A stretch of 64,000 bases of DNA from Bdellovibrionales bacterium (GCA_031370005.1 JANMPT010000043.1:32001-96000), one strand, 5' to 3'; shown: positions 40,355-49,864, counted from the first letter of the stretch. Program-made: numbers and translations. The notes: generated by a model from the sequence alone, not told the origin.

Positions 40355-40935
40355 GCGGCGAGATCCTCAGGGGTGTTTAGGTTTAAAGTAATATCGGGAT
40401 CCCTAAGTGCGAGGATCTTTTTTTTATTTCCTGGCAGAGCTTTCAAGACAAAATCCAAGCGCGCCTCAGGTTTATTTGGCGAAATTTTAAGAAGATCCTT
40501 TTGCAAGTCCGATGACAAAACTACAGGATGCCCCTGGCGCATTTGGTAAGAGGGAATCATGGCCTCAAGTGGATCATGTTGTTCCAGCCATGCGTGGCGT
40601 AGTATTTCTATGCTTGTCGATTTTAAGGGGACATCAATAGGGCAGACAAAGCTGGCATTTTCAGGAGCCTCTGCGATGGCCAATTGTAAAGAGGAGAAGG
40701 GTCCTTTTTCAGGATTTGGATTAGTAATAAGTAATATCTTTGGCTCAAACTCGGCGAGGAGTTTTTTAAGAGCGACTTGAGTATCTGGATTTGTCACAAG
40801 GATAATATTTTTAAAACCAACATCAGCAATTTGGCGAAGTTGGGTCAAAACCCAGGGTTCGCCTTTGAATTGCATAAAGGCTTTGTTGCAGCCCATTCGC
40901 AGCCCTTGCCCTGCTGCAAGTAGAATAAAATTCAT
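40297..40935 (-). CDS. mocA: Molybdenum cofactor cytidylyltransferase-like
   Basis: LAAGQGLRMG.NK, GHPV and NLNTPED motifs; lies in the xdh cluster. Confidence 0.75.
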   Translation of the reverse strand: MNFILLAAGQGLRMGCNKAFMQFKGEPWVLTQLRQIADVGFKNIILVTNPDTQVALKKLLAEFEPKILLITNPNPEKGPFSSLQLAIAEAPENASFVCPIDVPLKSTSIEILRHAWLEQHDPLEAMIPSYQMRQGHPVVLSSDLQKDLLKISPNKPEARLDFVLKALPGNKKKILALRDPDITLNLNTPEDLAAYQPHLMPTELILPLDELV

Positions 40936-41771
40936 AACAGATCCTTCAACAAGGTGTCTTCTTGTTGAGCCAGGCGAAGAGGCTTTGCTGAGGCAGCTGA
41001 TTTATTCAAAGCCATATTTTGTATTTGTATAACTTCTGCGGCGAAGCTAATGGCTACTTCCTGTGGAGTTTTGCCGCCTATGCTAAGGCCAATTGGACAT
41101 CGCACTCTACGCAGACTGTCGCTGGAAAGGCCTTTGTCGGTTAAGCGCTTTTGAAAACGCTGCCATTTAGTATGGCTCCCAATAAGTCCTAAGTATTTAG
41201 TTTGTTTGGCCGTGAGTTTCTCGATGAGATCTAGATCCAGATCATGATCATAGGTCATCACGACAACATAAGTTTTTTCGGGGCTCCAAGAGGGGTGTAA
41301 ATCGATAAACTCATGGCCAAGGTTATTATGCCTAATGACAGATGCCGGTGCTTTTTCTAACCAATCCTTGCGAGGGTCTACCATGTGTAGTTGGAAGGGG
41401 GTCGCCTCGAGAGTTTTGGCAATAGCTTGTGCCACGTGGCCTGCGCCAAAGATAATAAGCTGAGGACCGGAGTTGATCGTTTCAATAAAAACCTCTACAA
41501 AGCCGCCGCAACACTGGTTTGCCGTAAGACAGAGGGGGAAGGGAACCCTTTCGGGCGCCTGACTGGTTCTTAAAATCTCTCGGGCTTTTTCAATAACGAG
41601 TTCTTCGAGTTGGCCGCCGCCGATAGTGCCGAAGAAGTCTTTGTCTGTGACGAGAATCTTAGCGCCGAGATCTCTAGGTGTAGATCCTGTGGCTTTGATA
41701 AGAGTCACCAAAGCCGCCGGCTGCATTTTTTGTTTAAGCTCTTGAAGTGTTGAAATCCAATCCCAAGACAT
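40932..41771 (-). CDS. xdhC: Xanthine dehydrogenase accessory protein
   Basis: GSTPR, GTIGGG.LE, QCCGG, FGAGHV, LIGS, CPIG and P.EVA motifs. Confidence 0.92.
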   Translation of the reverse strand: MSWDWISTLQELKQKMQPAALVTLIKATGSTPRDLGAKILVTDKDFFGTIGGGQLEELVIEKAREILRTSQAPERVPFPLCLTANQCCGGFVEVFIETINSGPQLIIFGAGHVAQAIAKTLEATPFQLHMVDPRKDWLEKAPASVIRHNNLGHEFIDLHPSWSPEKTYVVVMTYDHDLDLDLIEKLTAKQTKYLGLIGSHTKWQRFQKRLTDKGLSSDSLRRVRCPIGLSIGGKTPQEVAISFAAEVIQIQNMALNKSAASAKPLRLAQQEDTLLKDLL

Positions 41772-41773
41772 GT

Positions 41774-42640
41774 TCAGGTTGTTAAACTTTCCAAGAACTC
41801 TGTCAACAAATTCCCAGCGACCTCTTTGCGATAGAGTGCCTCAGAGCGAATATCATCAATGGGAGTGATTTCTCTTAATAAAACGCTCCGAGCTTCTTTG
41901 AAAACATCAAGATCGAGACTCTTCTGAAAAAGAAAATGTTCGGTTTTAGCCGCACGTAGCGGAATTGGGCCGACACTACCAAGGCCAATGCGGATCCACT
42001 CAATTTTTTTGTTATTCAGCACAGACGCTGTGGCCGCGATACAAACTTTCGAGATAGCCTGAGCATTGCGTGTTCCCACTTTTCGATAGAAATCGTGAGT
42101 TATGTCCTGATTGCGTTTCAGACGAATGCTTATAATAACTTCATTAGGTCGTAAGTCGCACTGCTTATAATCTTGATGGAAGTATTTGTATGAAAGAACT
42201 CGGTACCCTTTGGTTGAAAGAAGAATTACATCAGCATCATATGCCAATAATGCAGGGGGCCCATCTGCAGCGGGGCTCATATTGGCTATGTTACCGCCGA
42301 GTGTGGCGCGATTTTGAATAGCCACGGCTCCGATTAGTTTTGCCGCATTCATTAGCAAGGGAAATTCTTTTTTAATAATCGGGTGAGTTTGAATTTGTCC
42401 ATAGGAGCAGCCCGCACCAATGAGAATGTCTTCCTCGCGGACGACGAAGTTCTGTAGCTCTTTAATTGAGTTGATATTGAGAAATTTTTTATGAGTCAAT
42501 TTTCCTGTCTCAAAGATCACCATCAAGTCAGTACCCCCGGCAAATAATTTCCACTCGCCCGGAGAATCTGCGAGGATTTGCAGAAGCGTGTCGAGATTTT
42601 TTGGGGTTTTCATTTCATACTCTGGGACGGGAGCTCTCAT
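41774..42640 (-). CDS. Xanthine dehydrogenase-family FAD-binding subunit
   Basis: AGGTDL, IQNRATLGGNIAN.SPAAD and PIDDIRS..YR motifs. Confidence 0.92.
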   Translation of the reverse strand: MRAPVPEYEMKTPKNLDTLLQILADSPGEWKLFAGGTDLMVIFETGKLTHKKFLNINSIKELQNFVVREEDILIGAGCSYGQIQTHPIIKKEFPLLMNAAKLIGAVAIQNRATLGGNIANMSPAADGPPALLAYDADVILLSTKGYRVLSYKYFHQDYKQCDLRPNEVIISIRLKRNQDITHDFYRKVGTRNAQAISKVCIAATASVLNNKKIEWIRIGLGSVGPIPLRAAKTEHFLFQKSLDLDVFKEARSVLLREITPIDDIRSEALYRKEVAGNLLTEFLESLTT

Positions 42641-43098
42641 TTTAGAACCTTTGCGGCTTTTTTTACGGAATCAAAGATTTTCATGTAGCCTGTGCAACGA
42701 CAAAGGTTTCCGGCAAGACCTTCGCGGATTTGGTTTTCGGTGGGGCGTGGATTTTTTTGTAAAAGCTCAAGGCTTGCCATCAGCATTCCTGGAGTACAAA
42801 TGCCACATTGAGCGCCGCCACATTCTAAGAAAGCTTGTTGAATCGGGTGCAGGTTTTCTTTGGTTTCCAAGCCCTCGACGCTTAGGATATCGGCTCCCGC
42901 ACATTGGGCAATAGGAACAAGGCAACTATTAACCAGAGTTTGGTCCATCATCACAGCGCAGGCGCCGCACTCGCCCTCGCCGCAGCCCTCTTTGGTTCCA
43001 GTTGCGGCCAGGTCTTCACGAAGAACATCTAAAAGGCGTTTCATCGGATAGGTGTCGACAACGACTTTTTTTCCGTTAAGTTTAAAATTTATTTTCAT
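42637..43098 (-). CDS. Xanthine dehydrogenase-family 2x[2Fe-2S] subunit
   Basis: GCGEGECGAC, QCGICTPG and LCRCTGY motifs. Confidence 0.95.
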   Translation of the reverse strand: MKINFKLNGKKVVVDTYPMKRLLDVLREDLAATGTKEGCGEGECGACAVMMDQTLVNSCLVPIAQCAGADILSVEGLETKENLHPIQQAFLECGGAQCGICTPGMLMASLELLQKNPRPTENQIREGLAGNLCRCTGYMKIFDSVKKAAKVLK

Positions 43099-45326
43099 AG
43101 GGCAGCCCTCATTAAATCCTCAGGCAACATCGGGATGGATTTGATTTCCCGGCCTGTGGCCATGGCTATTGCATTTATAATCGCAGGCCCTGGTCCATCC
43201 ATGGGTAGTTCGCCGATTCCCTTGGCTCCGTGAGGACCATATTGGTAGGGCACTTCTTCAAAAATAACTTCTATGTTTGGCAGATCTTGGCTGGTCGGCA
43301 TAATGTAATTGGTCATAGTCCCGTTGATCATACGGCCATCCTTCCATTTCACTTTTTCATAAAGTGTCCAGCCGATTCCTTGAGCCACTCCACCTTCGAT
43401 TTGCCCTGCGGCTAGGATGGGATGAATCACTCGGCCCACCTCTTGTAGGGCCATGAAGTGATCTACTGTGGTTTCCCAGGTAAGGGTATCTACACTGACT
43501 TCAGCCACGTAGACAGCCCAGGCATAGGAGCCATAAGCATCGCCTTGATAGGTTTCATCGTTCCAATTGATTCCTGGCGGCTGCTGATATTCAACAATGA
43601 TTTTAAGCTCTCCACGATCAGCTACAAATTTTGAACAGGCTTGGCGCAGCTCTTCTTCGCTGTAAATACTTTTGATATAACCCTCTTGTTGCAATGTTTG
43701 CCGAAGTCCAATGGCGGCAGATTGAACAAGTTTGCCGACGACCATCGTGGTGCGAGAGGCCACGGTCGGCCCTGAGTTAGGGACGAACTTAGTGTCGGGC
43801 CGGAAAATTTTTATGAAATCCGGGCTGACGTTTAAAGCTTCGGCGGCGATTTGTGAAAAAATGGTGTTTGTTCCCTGCCCGATTTCAGTACTCGCGGCTA
43901 AAATTACAATGTGGCCTTCAGCTGTGGCTTGGATGCCGACTTTTGAAGCGAGATATTTTTCTCCCGACCCAGTAAATCCAGAACCGTGCATGAAACTAGC
44001 AAAGCCAATACCTTTTTTAATTTTACTATGAGGATTGTCTTTGGCGAATTGCTGATGTTTTTCATGATAGTTGGTGTGTTTTAATGCGCGATCTAAGAGA
44101 CCGTGCATGTTGACTCCCTCATTGATGGTTTGTCCTGTGGCGGTTTTCTCGCCATCTTTGATAAAATTGCGTCGTCGCAAAGCCTCTGGAGTTATATTCA
44201 GTTTTTTGGCAATTTGATTTAGGTGCCTTTCAAGTGCAAAGATGCTTTGGGGGGCCCCAAAGCCGCGGAAGGCTCCATGGGGAGGGGCGTTTGTCGCTAC
44301 GGCTTTCGCATCAATACGAACATTTTCAATATTGTAAGGGCCAGCGGCATGAATTGTGCCGCGCGAAAGTACAACCGAAGAAAGTGTCGCATAGGCTCCG
44401 CCATCAATAACAAATTGGATATCCATTCCAATAATGCGCCCATCTTTCATCACGGCAGTTTTGTGTCGGGTGCGAGAAGGGTGGCGTTTTGTTGTTGCTA
44501 CCATGTCTTCGGCACGATCATAGATAATTTTAACTGCCTTGCCAGACTTCCACGCAAGAAGTGCCGCGTGACCAGCAAGGATCGAAGGGTATTCTTCTTT
44601 GCCACCAAAGCCACCACCGGTTTCGGTTTGTATGATGCGAACTTTTTCCTCGGGCAAGTTGAAGAGTGGCAAGAGGGCCTTGTGAACATAGTAAGGGCAT
44701 TGCATAGAGCCCCAGATGGTGACTCCGTCTTTTGGATTAGCCATCGCGATCATGCCATTGTTTTCAATATAGAGTTGTTCTTGTGCGCCAGTACGATATT
44801 CATCTTCGATAATAAGATCAGCTTTACTCCAGATGCTATCGATATCACCTTTTTCTAAGTGATAGGATTTGAAAACATTGTCGTCTCCCCAAATTTTTAT
44901 TCGAGCTTGCAAGGAGTCTTCGATTTCGAAAATAGGCGGAAGTTTTTCATACTCAATTTTGACTGCCTGGCGCGCCTTTTCGAGCAAATACTTATTAGGA
45001 TGTGCGAGCAATAAAATGGGCTCCTCGGGGTGGTTGACGATGCCATCTGCCAAGTATGGCTGATCATTCAGGATTAGCGCGACATAGTTTTTCCCCGGAA
45101 TATCTTTAGCCGTAACAATTGTGAATTCGCTCCAAGGGATGCCTTTGCCAAAGTGAATGGCTTTGATGGTGCCGCGGGGAATGGTCGAGCGAACTGTGCC
45201 ACCATAAAGTCCTGCAAACTCGAGATCATCAACGTATTTGGATTTACCGGTGAGCTTGCGAGGGCCCTCTTTGCGGGGAATGGCTTTGCCAATGGGTGAG
45301 TCTAGGCGTACTTTTTCAATTCTCAT
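43095..45326 (-). CDS. Xanthine dehydrogenase-family molybdopterin-binding subunit
   Basis: GGGFGGK, AFRGFG, EIGQG, GQIEGG and AKGIGE motifs. Start codon uncertain. Confidence 0.92.
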   Translation of the reverse strand: MRIEKVRLDSPIGKAIPRKEGPRKLTGKSKYVDDLEFAGLYGGTVRSTIPRGTIKAIHFGKGIPWSEFTIVTAKDIPGKNYVALILNDQPYLADGIVNHPEEPILLLAHPNKYLLEKARQAVKIEYEKLPPIFEIEDSLQARIKIWGDDNVFKSYHLEKGDIDSIWSKADLIIEDEYRTGAQEQLYIENNGMIAMANPKDGVTIWGSMQCPYYVHKALLPLFNLPEEKVRIIQTETGGGFGGKEEYPSILAGHAALLAWKSGKAVKIIYDRAEDMVATTKRHPSRTRHKTAVMKDGRIIGMDIQFVIDGGAYATLSSVVLSRGTIHAAGPYNIENVRIDAKAVATNAPPHGAFRGFGAPQSIFALERHLNQIAKKLNITPEALRRRNFIKDGEKTATGQTINEGVNMHGLLDRALKHTNYHEKHQQFAKDNPHSKIKKGIGFASFMHGSGFTGSGEKYLASKVGIQATAEGHIVILAASTEIGQGTNTIFSQIAAEALNVSPDFIKIFRPDTKFVPNSGPTVASRTTMVVGKLVQSAAIGLRQTLQQEGYIKSIYSEEELRQACSKFVADRGELKIIVEYQQPPGINWNDETYQGDAYGSYAWAVYVAEVSVDTLTWETTVDHFMALQEVGRVIHPILAAGQIEGGVAQGIGWTLYEKVKWKDGRMINGTMTNYIMPTSQDLPNIEVIFEEVPYQYGPHGAKGIGELPMDGPGPAIINAIAMATGREIKSIPMLPEDLMRAAL

Positions 45327-45428
45327 TGCTATACATTCAATCACGCACTTGCCAAAAATCAATTTTTTACTCTAGTTTCAGAGGAATTTGTTTGCGACAT
45401 GCAACAAAAAATTATTTTCGCGCATCAT

Positions 45429-45457
45429 TTGACCCCTTCTCTTCCTCTTATTAGGCT
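45429..45457 (+). promoter_or_regulatory. sigma70 promoter, leaderless thiolase transcript
   Basis: TTGACC-N17-TAGGCT, ATG 6 nt downstream, no Shine-Dalgarno. Confidence 0.6.
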
Positions 45458-45463
45458 AATGAA

Positions 45464-46648
45464 ATGGATAAAGTCGTTTTTATTTCTGGAAAAAGAACCC
45501 CTTTCGGAGCTTTTGGCGGATCTCTGAAGGATCTTTCAGCAACTGATTTGGGAGTGGTTTCCGCCAAAGCCACCTTAGAGCAAGCAAAACTTTCTGCCGA
45601 TAAAGTCGAGCATGTGATTTTCGGAAATGTGATTCAGTCTGGAGCAGATGCCATCTATATTCCTCGTCATATTGGTTTGAAAGCCGGAGTGCCGGTCAGC
45701 GTGGGTGCGCTTTTGGTGAATCGTCTCTGTGGTAGCGGATTTCAAGCATGGACCTCAGCAGCGCAGATGATTCAAACAGGCGAGGCCAGCGTGATCCTTG
45801 CCGGGGGAACAGAGCAAATGTCGCAGGTGCCCTATGTGGCTCGGAGTCTGCGTTTCGGCGGCATTCGTATGGGGAATGGAGAGCTTGAAGACTATATGAC
45901 AGCCGCGTTGGTTGATGCATATTCGAAAACGCCAATGGCGATAACTGCGGAAAATTTGGCAGTAAAGTACGGCATCACCCGCGAAGAGGCCGATAGGTAC
46001 TCTCTGCAATCTCAGCAAAGATATAAGGCTTGCCTTGATCGTGGCGGTTTTGCCGAGGAAATGTGCTTAGTCACTATTGAGGGTAAAAAAGGAATTGTGA
46101 TTGTAGATAAAGATGAACATCCGAGGCCCGAGACAAGTCTTGAAAAGCTTGGACAATTAAAGCCGGTCTTCAAAAAAGATGGAATTGTCACGGCAGCGGG
46201 CTCCTCAGGAATCGTGGACGGTGCCGCGTGCTCTTTATTAACAAGTGACTCCAGAGCACGCGAGCTTGGGCTGAAACCGATGGCGCGAATTATTGCGTAT
46301 GCCTCCGTAGGTTGTGATCCAAGCATTATGGGAATTGGTCCTGCGGCAGCCTCTCGCTTGGCCTTGCAAAGAGCAGGAATGAAACTTGAACAAATGGATA
46401 TCGTCGAGGTGAACGAAGCCTTTTCGGCTCAGTACCTGGCGGTACAAAAGGAATTGGGTCTTGATCCTGCAAAAACCAATGTTAACGGCGGGGCGATAGC
46501 TGTTGGTCATCCCTTGGGGGCCTCCGGCACTCGTATTATGAATCATCTCGTCTATGAACTTCATCGCCGCCAATTGAAGTATGCTCTTGGCAGCGCCTGC
46601 ATCGGTGGCGGTCAAGGTATTGCGATTATTATTGAAAGAATGGATTAG
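45464..46648 (+). CDS. Acetyl-CoA C-acyltransferase (thiolase)
   Basis: NRLCGSG, NEAF, GHPLGASG and CIGGGQG motifs. Confidence 0.95.
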   Translation: MDKVVFISGKRTPFGAFGGSLKDLSATDLGVVSAKATLEQAKLSADKVEHVIFGNVIQSGADAIYIPRHIGLKAGVPVSVGALLVNRLCGSGFQAWTSAAQMIQTGEASVILAGGTEQMSQVPYVARSLRFGGIRMGNGELEDYMTAALVDAYSKTPMAITAENLAVKYGITREEADRYSLQSQQRYKACLDRGGFAEEMCLVTIEGKKGIVIVDKDEHPRPETSLEKLGQLKPVFKKDGIVTAAGSSGIVDGAACSLLTSDSRARELGLKPMARIIAYASVGCDPSIMGIGPAAASRLALQRAGMKLEQMDIVEVNEAFSAQYLAVQKELGLDPAKTNVNGGAIAVGHPLGASGTRIMNHLVYELHRRQLKYALGSACIGGGQGIAIIIERMD

Positions 46649-46652
46649 TTAA

Positions 46653-47426
46653 GTGGAGGCGAGTTTTAATTTACATCAAAGAGTTGCTTTGATTGCAGGA
46701 CCTTTAAGTACGACAGTTTCTAGCATTGTCATGGGTCTTACAAGGCTTGGTGCTGATTGTGTGATTTTGGATCCGGATAAGTCTGTCCCCCAGGCCTTTA
46801 TAAATCAAATTAATGATGCCCGTGAAATCAATGATAAGTTTGGACGTGCAGCTTTTATTCCATCAGACCTAAGCTCAAAAGATCAAATAAAGGACCTTAT
46901 CGGCAGAGCCTCTCAAGTGTTTGGTGGTCTTGATATATACATCGATGCGTTGGTGATCAATCAGCCGACGCCGATGAAAATTGATGAAGCTATCGAGGGC
47001 CTAGATTTGATGATTGATAAGTATTTGAAGAGCGCACTCTATTTGACCAACGGAGTCCTGGCCTTTTTTAAGAGCCGCAAACGCGGACGAATTATTTATC
47101 TTCTGAACGATGCTCCTGCGATAAAAGCGAGGGAGGATATTTTGGTGCAAGCGGTACGATCTGGATTTATCAAGTTCTCTGCCGCACTTGCAAAACAAGT
47201 GAGCGAGTTCAATATTACCGCAAACGTACTTTCGATTGCTCTGACGGAAGAATACATTATGGCTCACGAGCCTGGAACGAAGTCGATTAAAGAGGCGATG
47301 GAGAAAATGAGGCTAGCAGATCCCTCCCTCAGAATTACAGAGCCCGACAAAATCACCCAGACTGTGACCTTTCTCGTAAGCCCCCTCGGCATCGCCATCA
47401 ACGGCCAAACCCTCAATCTTTCGTAG
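46653..47426 (+). CDS. Degenerate SDR-fold protein, probably non-catalytic
   Basis: SDR layout (FGGLD, GRII, INGQTL), but lacks TGxxxGxG, NNAG and YxxxK. Confidence 0.7.
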   Translation: MEASFNLHQRVALIAGPLSTTVSSIVMGLTRLGADCVILDPDKSVPQAFINQINDAREINDKFGRAAFIPSDLSSKDQIKDLIGRASQVFGGLDIYIDALVINQPTPMKIDEAIEGLDLMIDKYLKSALYLTNGVLAFFKSRKRGRIIYLLNDAPAIKAREDILVQAVRSGFIKFSAALAKQVSEFNITANVLSIALTEEYIMAHEPGTKSIKEAMEKMRLADPSLRITEPDKITQTVTFLVSPLGIAINGQTLNLS

Positions 47427-48196
47427 GTACGGCCTTCTTTTTAGTATTGCAACGCAATACTAAAAAGTATGGCCTACTTTTCGCTATCTCTGACATCAAT
47501 TCGTTAAAAGGAAGCGACTGATGCCTAAGCAAAAATTTATTCGAAGTACGGAGTTTCCCTACCATATCTCGGCCAGATCCAACAATAAAGAGTGGTTCGG
47601 TTTAGATCCAGAAGCGCTCTGGTCTATATTCAGCAACTATTTATATCTCACTCAAAGGTTATTTAATCTTGAGATTCATGTTTTTGTTATGATGAGTAAC
47701 CATTTTCACGTAATTCTCAGAACTCCTGATGCAAATTTAGATGTGGCCATGAGATATTTCATGAGGGAAACCAGTCGTGCTATAGCACATGATTTGGGTC
47801 GGATAAATCATATATATGGCGGCCCTTACCATTCGAGTTTAATTACAGATTATAGGTACTATTTAAATGCATATAAATATGTTCTTAGAAACCCCGTAGC
47901 AGCGCGCCTGTGCGAAAAGGTCGAGGAGTATCGCTTCAGCACTCTGCATGGCCTTCTAGGGCTCAAGCACTTACTCATCCCGATTTATGGAAGCGAAGAA
48001 TTATTTTATAATACTGAAAATTTTCTCGAGTGGCTCAATATTAGCTACAAAGAAAATGAAAGCGAGGCTATTCGAAAGGCCTTAAAAAGAAAAGAGTTTA
48101 AAGTTCATACCAGTCAAAAAGATCGCAAACGAGTTGCACTTGAATCACCACAAGCCTAGGACGACTCATTGCAATACTAAAAAGAAGGCCGTACCT
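47425..48196. mobile_element. RAYT locus bounded by a perfect 28-bp inverted repeat
   Basis: 47425-47452 AGGTACGGCCTTCTTTTTAGTATTGCAA is the exact reverse complement of 48169-48196. A degenerate inverted partner lies at 47454-47479. Confidence 0.8.
47521..48159 (+). CDS. rayT: REP-associated tyrosine transposase (HUH, Y1_Tnp)
   Basis: YHISAR, MSNHFH (HUH), catalytic YVLRNP and YRFST motifs. Confidence 0.85.
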   Translation: MPKQKFIRSTEFPYHISARSNNKEWFGLDPEALWSIFSNYLYLTQRLFNLEIHVFVMMSNHFHVILRTPDANLDVAMRYFMRETSRAIAHDLGRINHIYGGPYHSSLITDYRYYLNAYKYVLRNPVAARLCEKVEEYRFSTLHGLLGLKHLLIPIYGSEELFYNTENFLEWLNISYKENESEAIRKALKRKEFKVHTSQKDRKRVALESPQA

Positions 48197-49478
48197 TCAA
48201 GAGATTTTCGGCGGTTGAGTAGTTTTCGGGGGCGATATAGAGACGATCGATGATGCGAGCGCCTTCGTAGCGAGTAAAAATTTCGGTGGATTGATCAATC
48301 GGCGCGGGCTTATCCAGTCGATCATATTGATCAACAACGAAAATCTGCATCGCACGGTCCTCCGCAGAAGCTGTGTGATATTTTGAAAGGCGCGTTTTAG
48401 AACTCGCCCAAATTGTATCGATACCCTCAGACTCGAGCATTTTCTTAATTGTCTCAGCACGACGATCCTCAGCGGTATTGTGAAATTCGACGAAAACCTT
48501 ATATGGTTTTCTTTGGGCAATTCGTTGCGCCCAAGGATTATTAACACTCGCCAAGTGCTCGTGAAGTTTGTAGTCGTTATATTTTGTGTATTCTTGGATA
48601 TTTGAAGGCAAAACGAAGTCACAGTCACTAGAGGTCAGGTATCTGTTCAACATCTCTTCATAGATGATGCTCTTATGGTGGAAATAAACCATCAGGTACA
48701 TATGATGCCGAGAAATCAAAAAGTCATCGAAGGAATAAAGCGCGCGGCGATTTAAGGCCAAAAACATTTTTCCGTCATGAAGATGAGTTGTCATGTTCTG
48801 TAAAATCCAAGACTGATCAATTTTCCCGTAATTAGTGCCGCAGAATAAAGAGTCTCGCTCTAGATAGTCCATACGATCCACATCCAGCTCAGAACTTACG
48901 AGCTGCGAAAGGATTGGTCGGTAATCAATTCCATTATCCTGAAAGAAGTCATCAGGGCATATTAAGGTCTTATCAATTAAACAAGCTACATGCACGGGGC
49001 TAAGGTCTGGGAAGCGCCTGGTGATTGTCTCTGCAATCAGCGAGTCCGTCACATATTTAATAGTATAGTCCTCGTGATTGGCGCGACGATTTTTGTACAT
49101 CTCAGGCCTTGTGCTCTGGGAGTAAATTTTAATTCCCAAGCTTTCCACAAGAGGCATGACTTGCTCAGTGGTATGACTCAAAGGACCATGTCCGACATCG
49201 TGAAGCAAGGCAGCTAGGCGAAAGGCCTGACGGAGCCTCAGGCGAGTAGCGTTCTTAGAAAAAGGCAAGGCCTTAAAAATAGAATCAAAAGCCAAGCCTG
49301 CTAAATGAGCGACGCCGACAGAATGTAAATAGCGATTATGAGTGGCCCCTGGAAAGCTGAATTCGGCAAATCCCAATTGCTTAATAGCGCGGAGACGTTG
49401 GTATTCGGCCGTATCTAAAACAGCAACCTCTGCGTCGGAATAGTAAATGGAGCCATGAATGGGGTCTCTAATTTCCAT
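48177..49478 (-). CDS. HD-domain phosphohydrolase (dNTPase/SAMHD1-like)
   Basis: DPIHG, QRLR.IKQLG, HNRYLHS, LLHDVGHGPLSH, DVDRMDYL and VYFH motifs. Confidence 0.88.
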   Translation of the reverse strand: MEIRDPIHGSIYYSDAEVAVLDTAEYQRLRAIKQLGFAEFSFPGATHNRYLHSVGVAHLAGLAFDSIFKALPFSKNATRLRLRQAFRLAALLHDVGHGPLSHTTEQVMPLVESLGIKIYSQSTRPEMYKNRRANHEDYTIKYVTDSLIAETITRRFPDLSPVHVACLIDKTLICPDDFFQDNGIDYRPILSQLVSSELDVDRMDYLERDSLFCGTNYGKIDQSWILQNMTTHLHDGKMFLALNRRALYSFDDFLISRHHMYLMVYFHHKSIIYEEMLNRYLTSSDCDFVLPSNIQEYTKYNDYKLHEHLASVNNPWAQRIAQRKPYKVFVEFHNTAEDRRAETIKKMLESEGIDTIWASSKTRLSKYHTASAEDRAMQIFVVDQYDRLDKPAPIDQSTEIFTRYEGARIIDRLYIAPENYSTAENLLKVRPSF

Positions 49479-49489
49479 GAAAAAAAACT

Positions 49490-49864
49490 TTACCCGGCGC
49501 ACTTAGGAATAGCAAGAATATAGCCTGTTTCCTCAGCATTGAGGCCAAAGCTTTGAATTTTTAGCGCCTGTAGCTGAGTCTTATCGGGCATACGTGAAAC
49601 CGTAGTCAGTTCATAAGAAGTAAAGGGGCTTGAGCCGCAACGGCGATTTGTGTAGGTGAGACGGCACTGGGCCTTGTTCACGGCGATTTTTAAATCAGCA
49701 TCCGTATTTCTTTTGAGGATCTCTGCCTGCTGAACAAGGTGTTTTGTATTGCAAGCAGACTTTGTGGCGTTTGCGAAACTCGTTTTGCTAAAGAGCGCAG
49801 ATAGAATAAAAACCACTAGAATTTGCAAAGTGCGCATCGGCATTGAGTGTCTTTTTATAATCAT
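49490..49864 (-). CDS. Small secreted Cys-containing hypothetical protein
   Basis: AGGGGG RBS, signal peptide (..TSFA/N) and four Cys. Confidence 0.6.
   Translation of the reverse strand: MIIKRHSMPMRTLQILVVFILSALFSKTSFANATKSACNTKHLVQQAEILKRNTDADLKIAVNKAQCRLTYTNRRCGSSPFTSYELTTVSRMPDKTQLQALKIQSFGLNAEETGYILAIPKCAG

Noticed and set aside
47521..48159. IS200/IS605 element with TnpB or an omegaRNA
   Set aside because: No tnpB/iscB ORF and only about 10 nt between the stop codon and the right repeat. The protein motifs fit RAYT better.
48177..49478. HD dNTPase as a RAYT-carried antiphage cargo gene
   Set aside because: It lies outside the inverted-repeat bracket apart from its last codons, and it resembles a common housekeeping HD family. 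No other defence genes are nearby.
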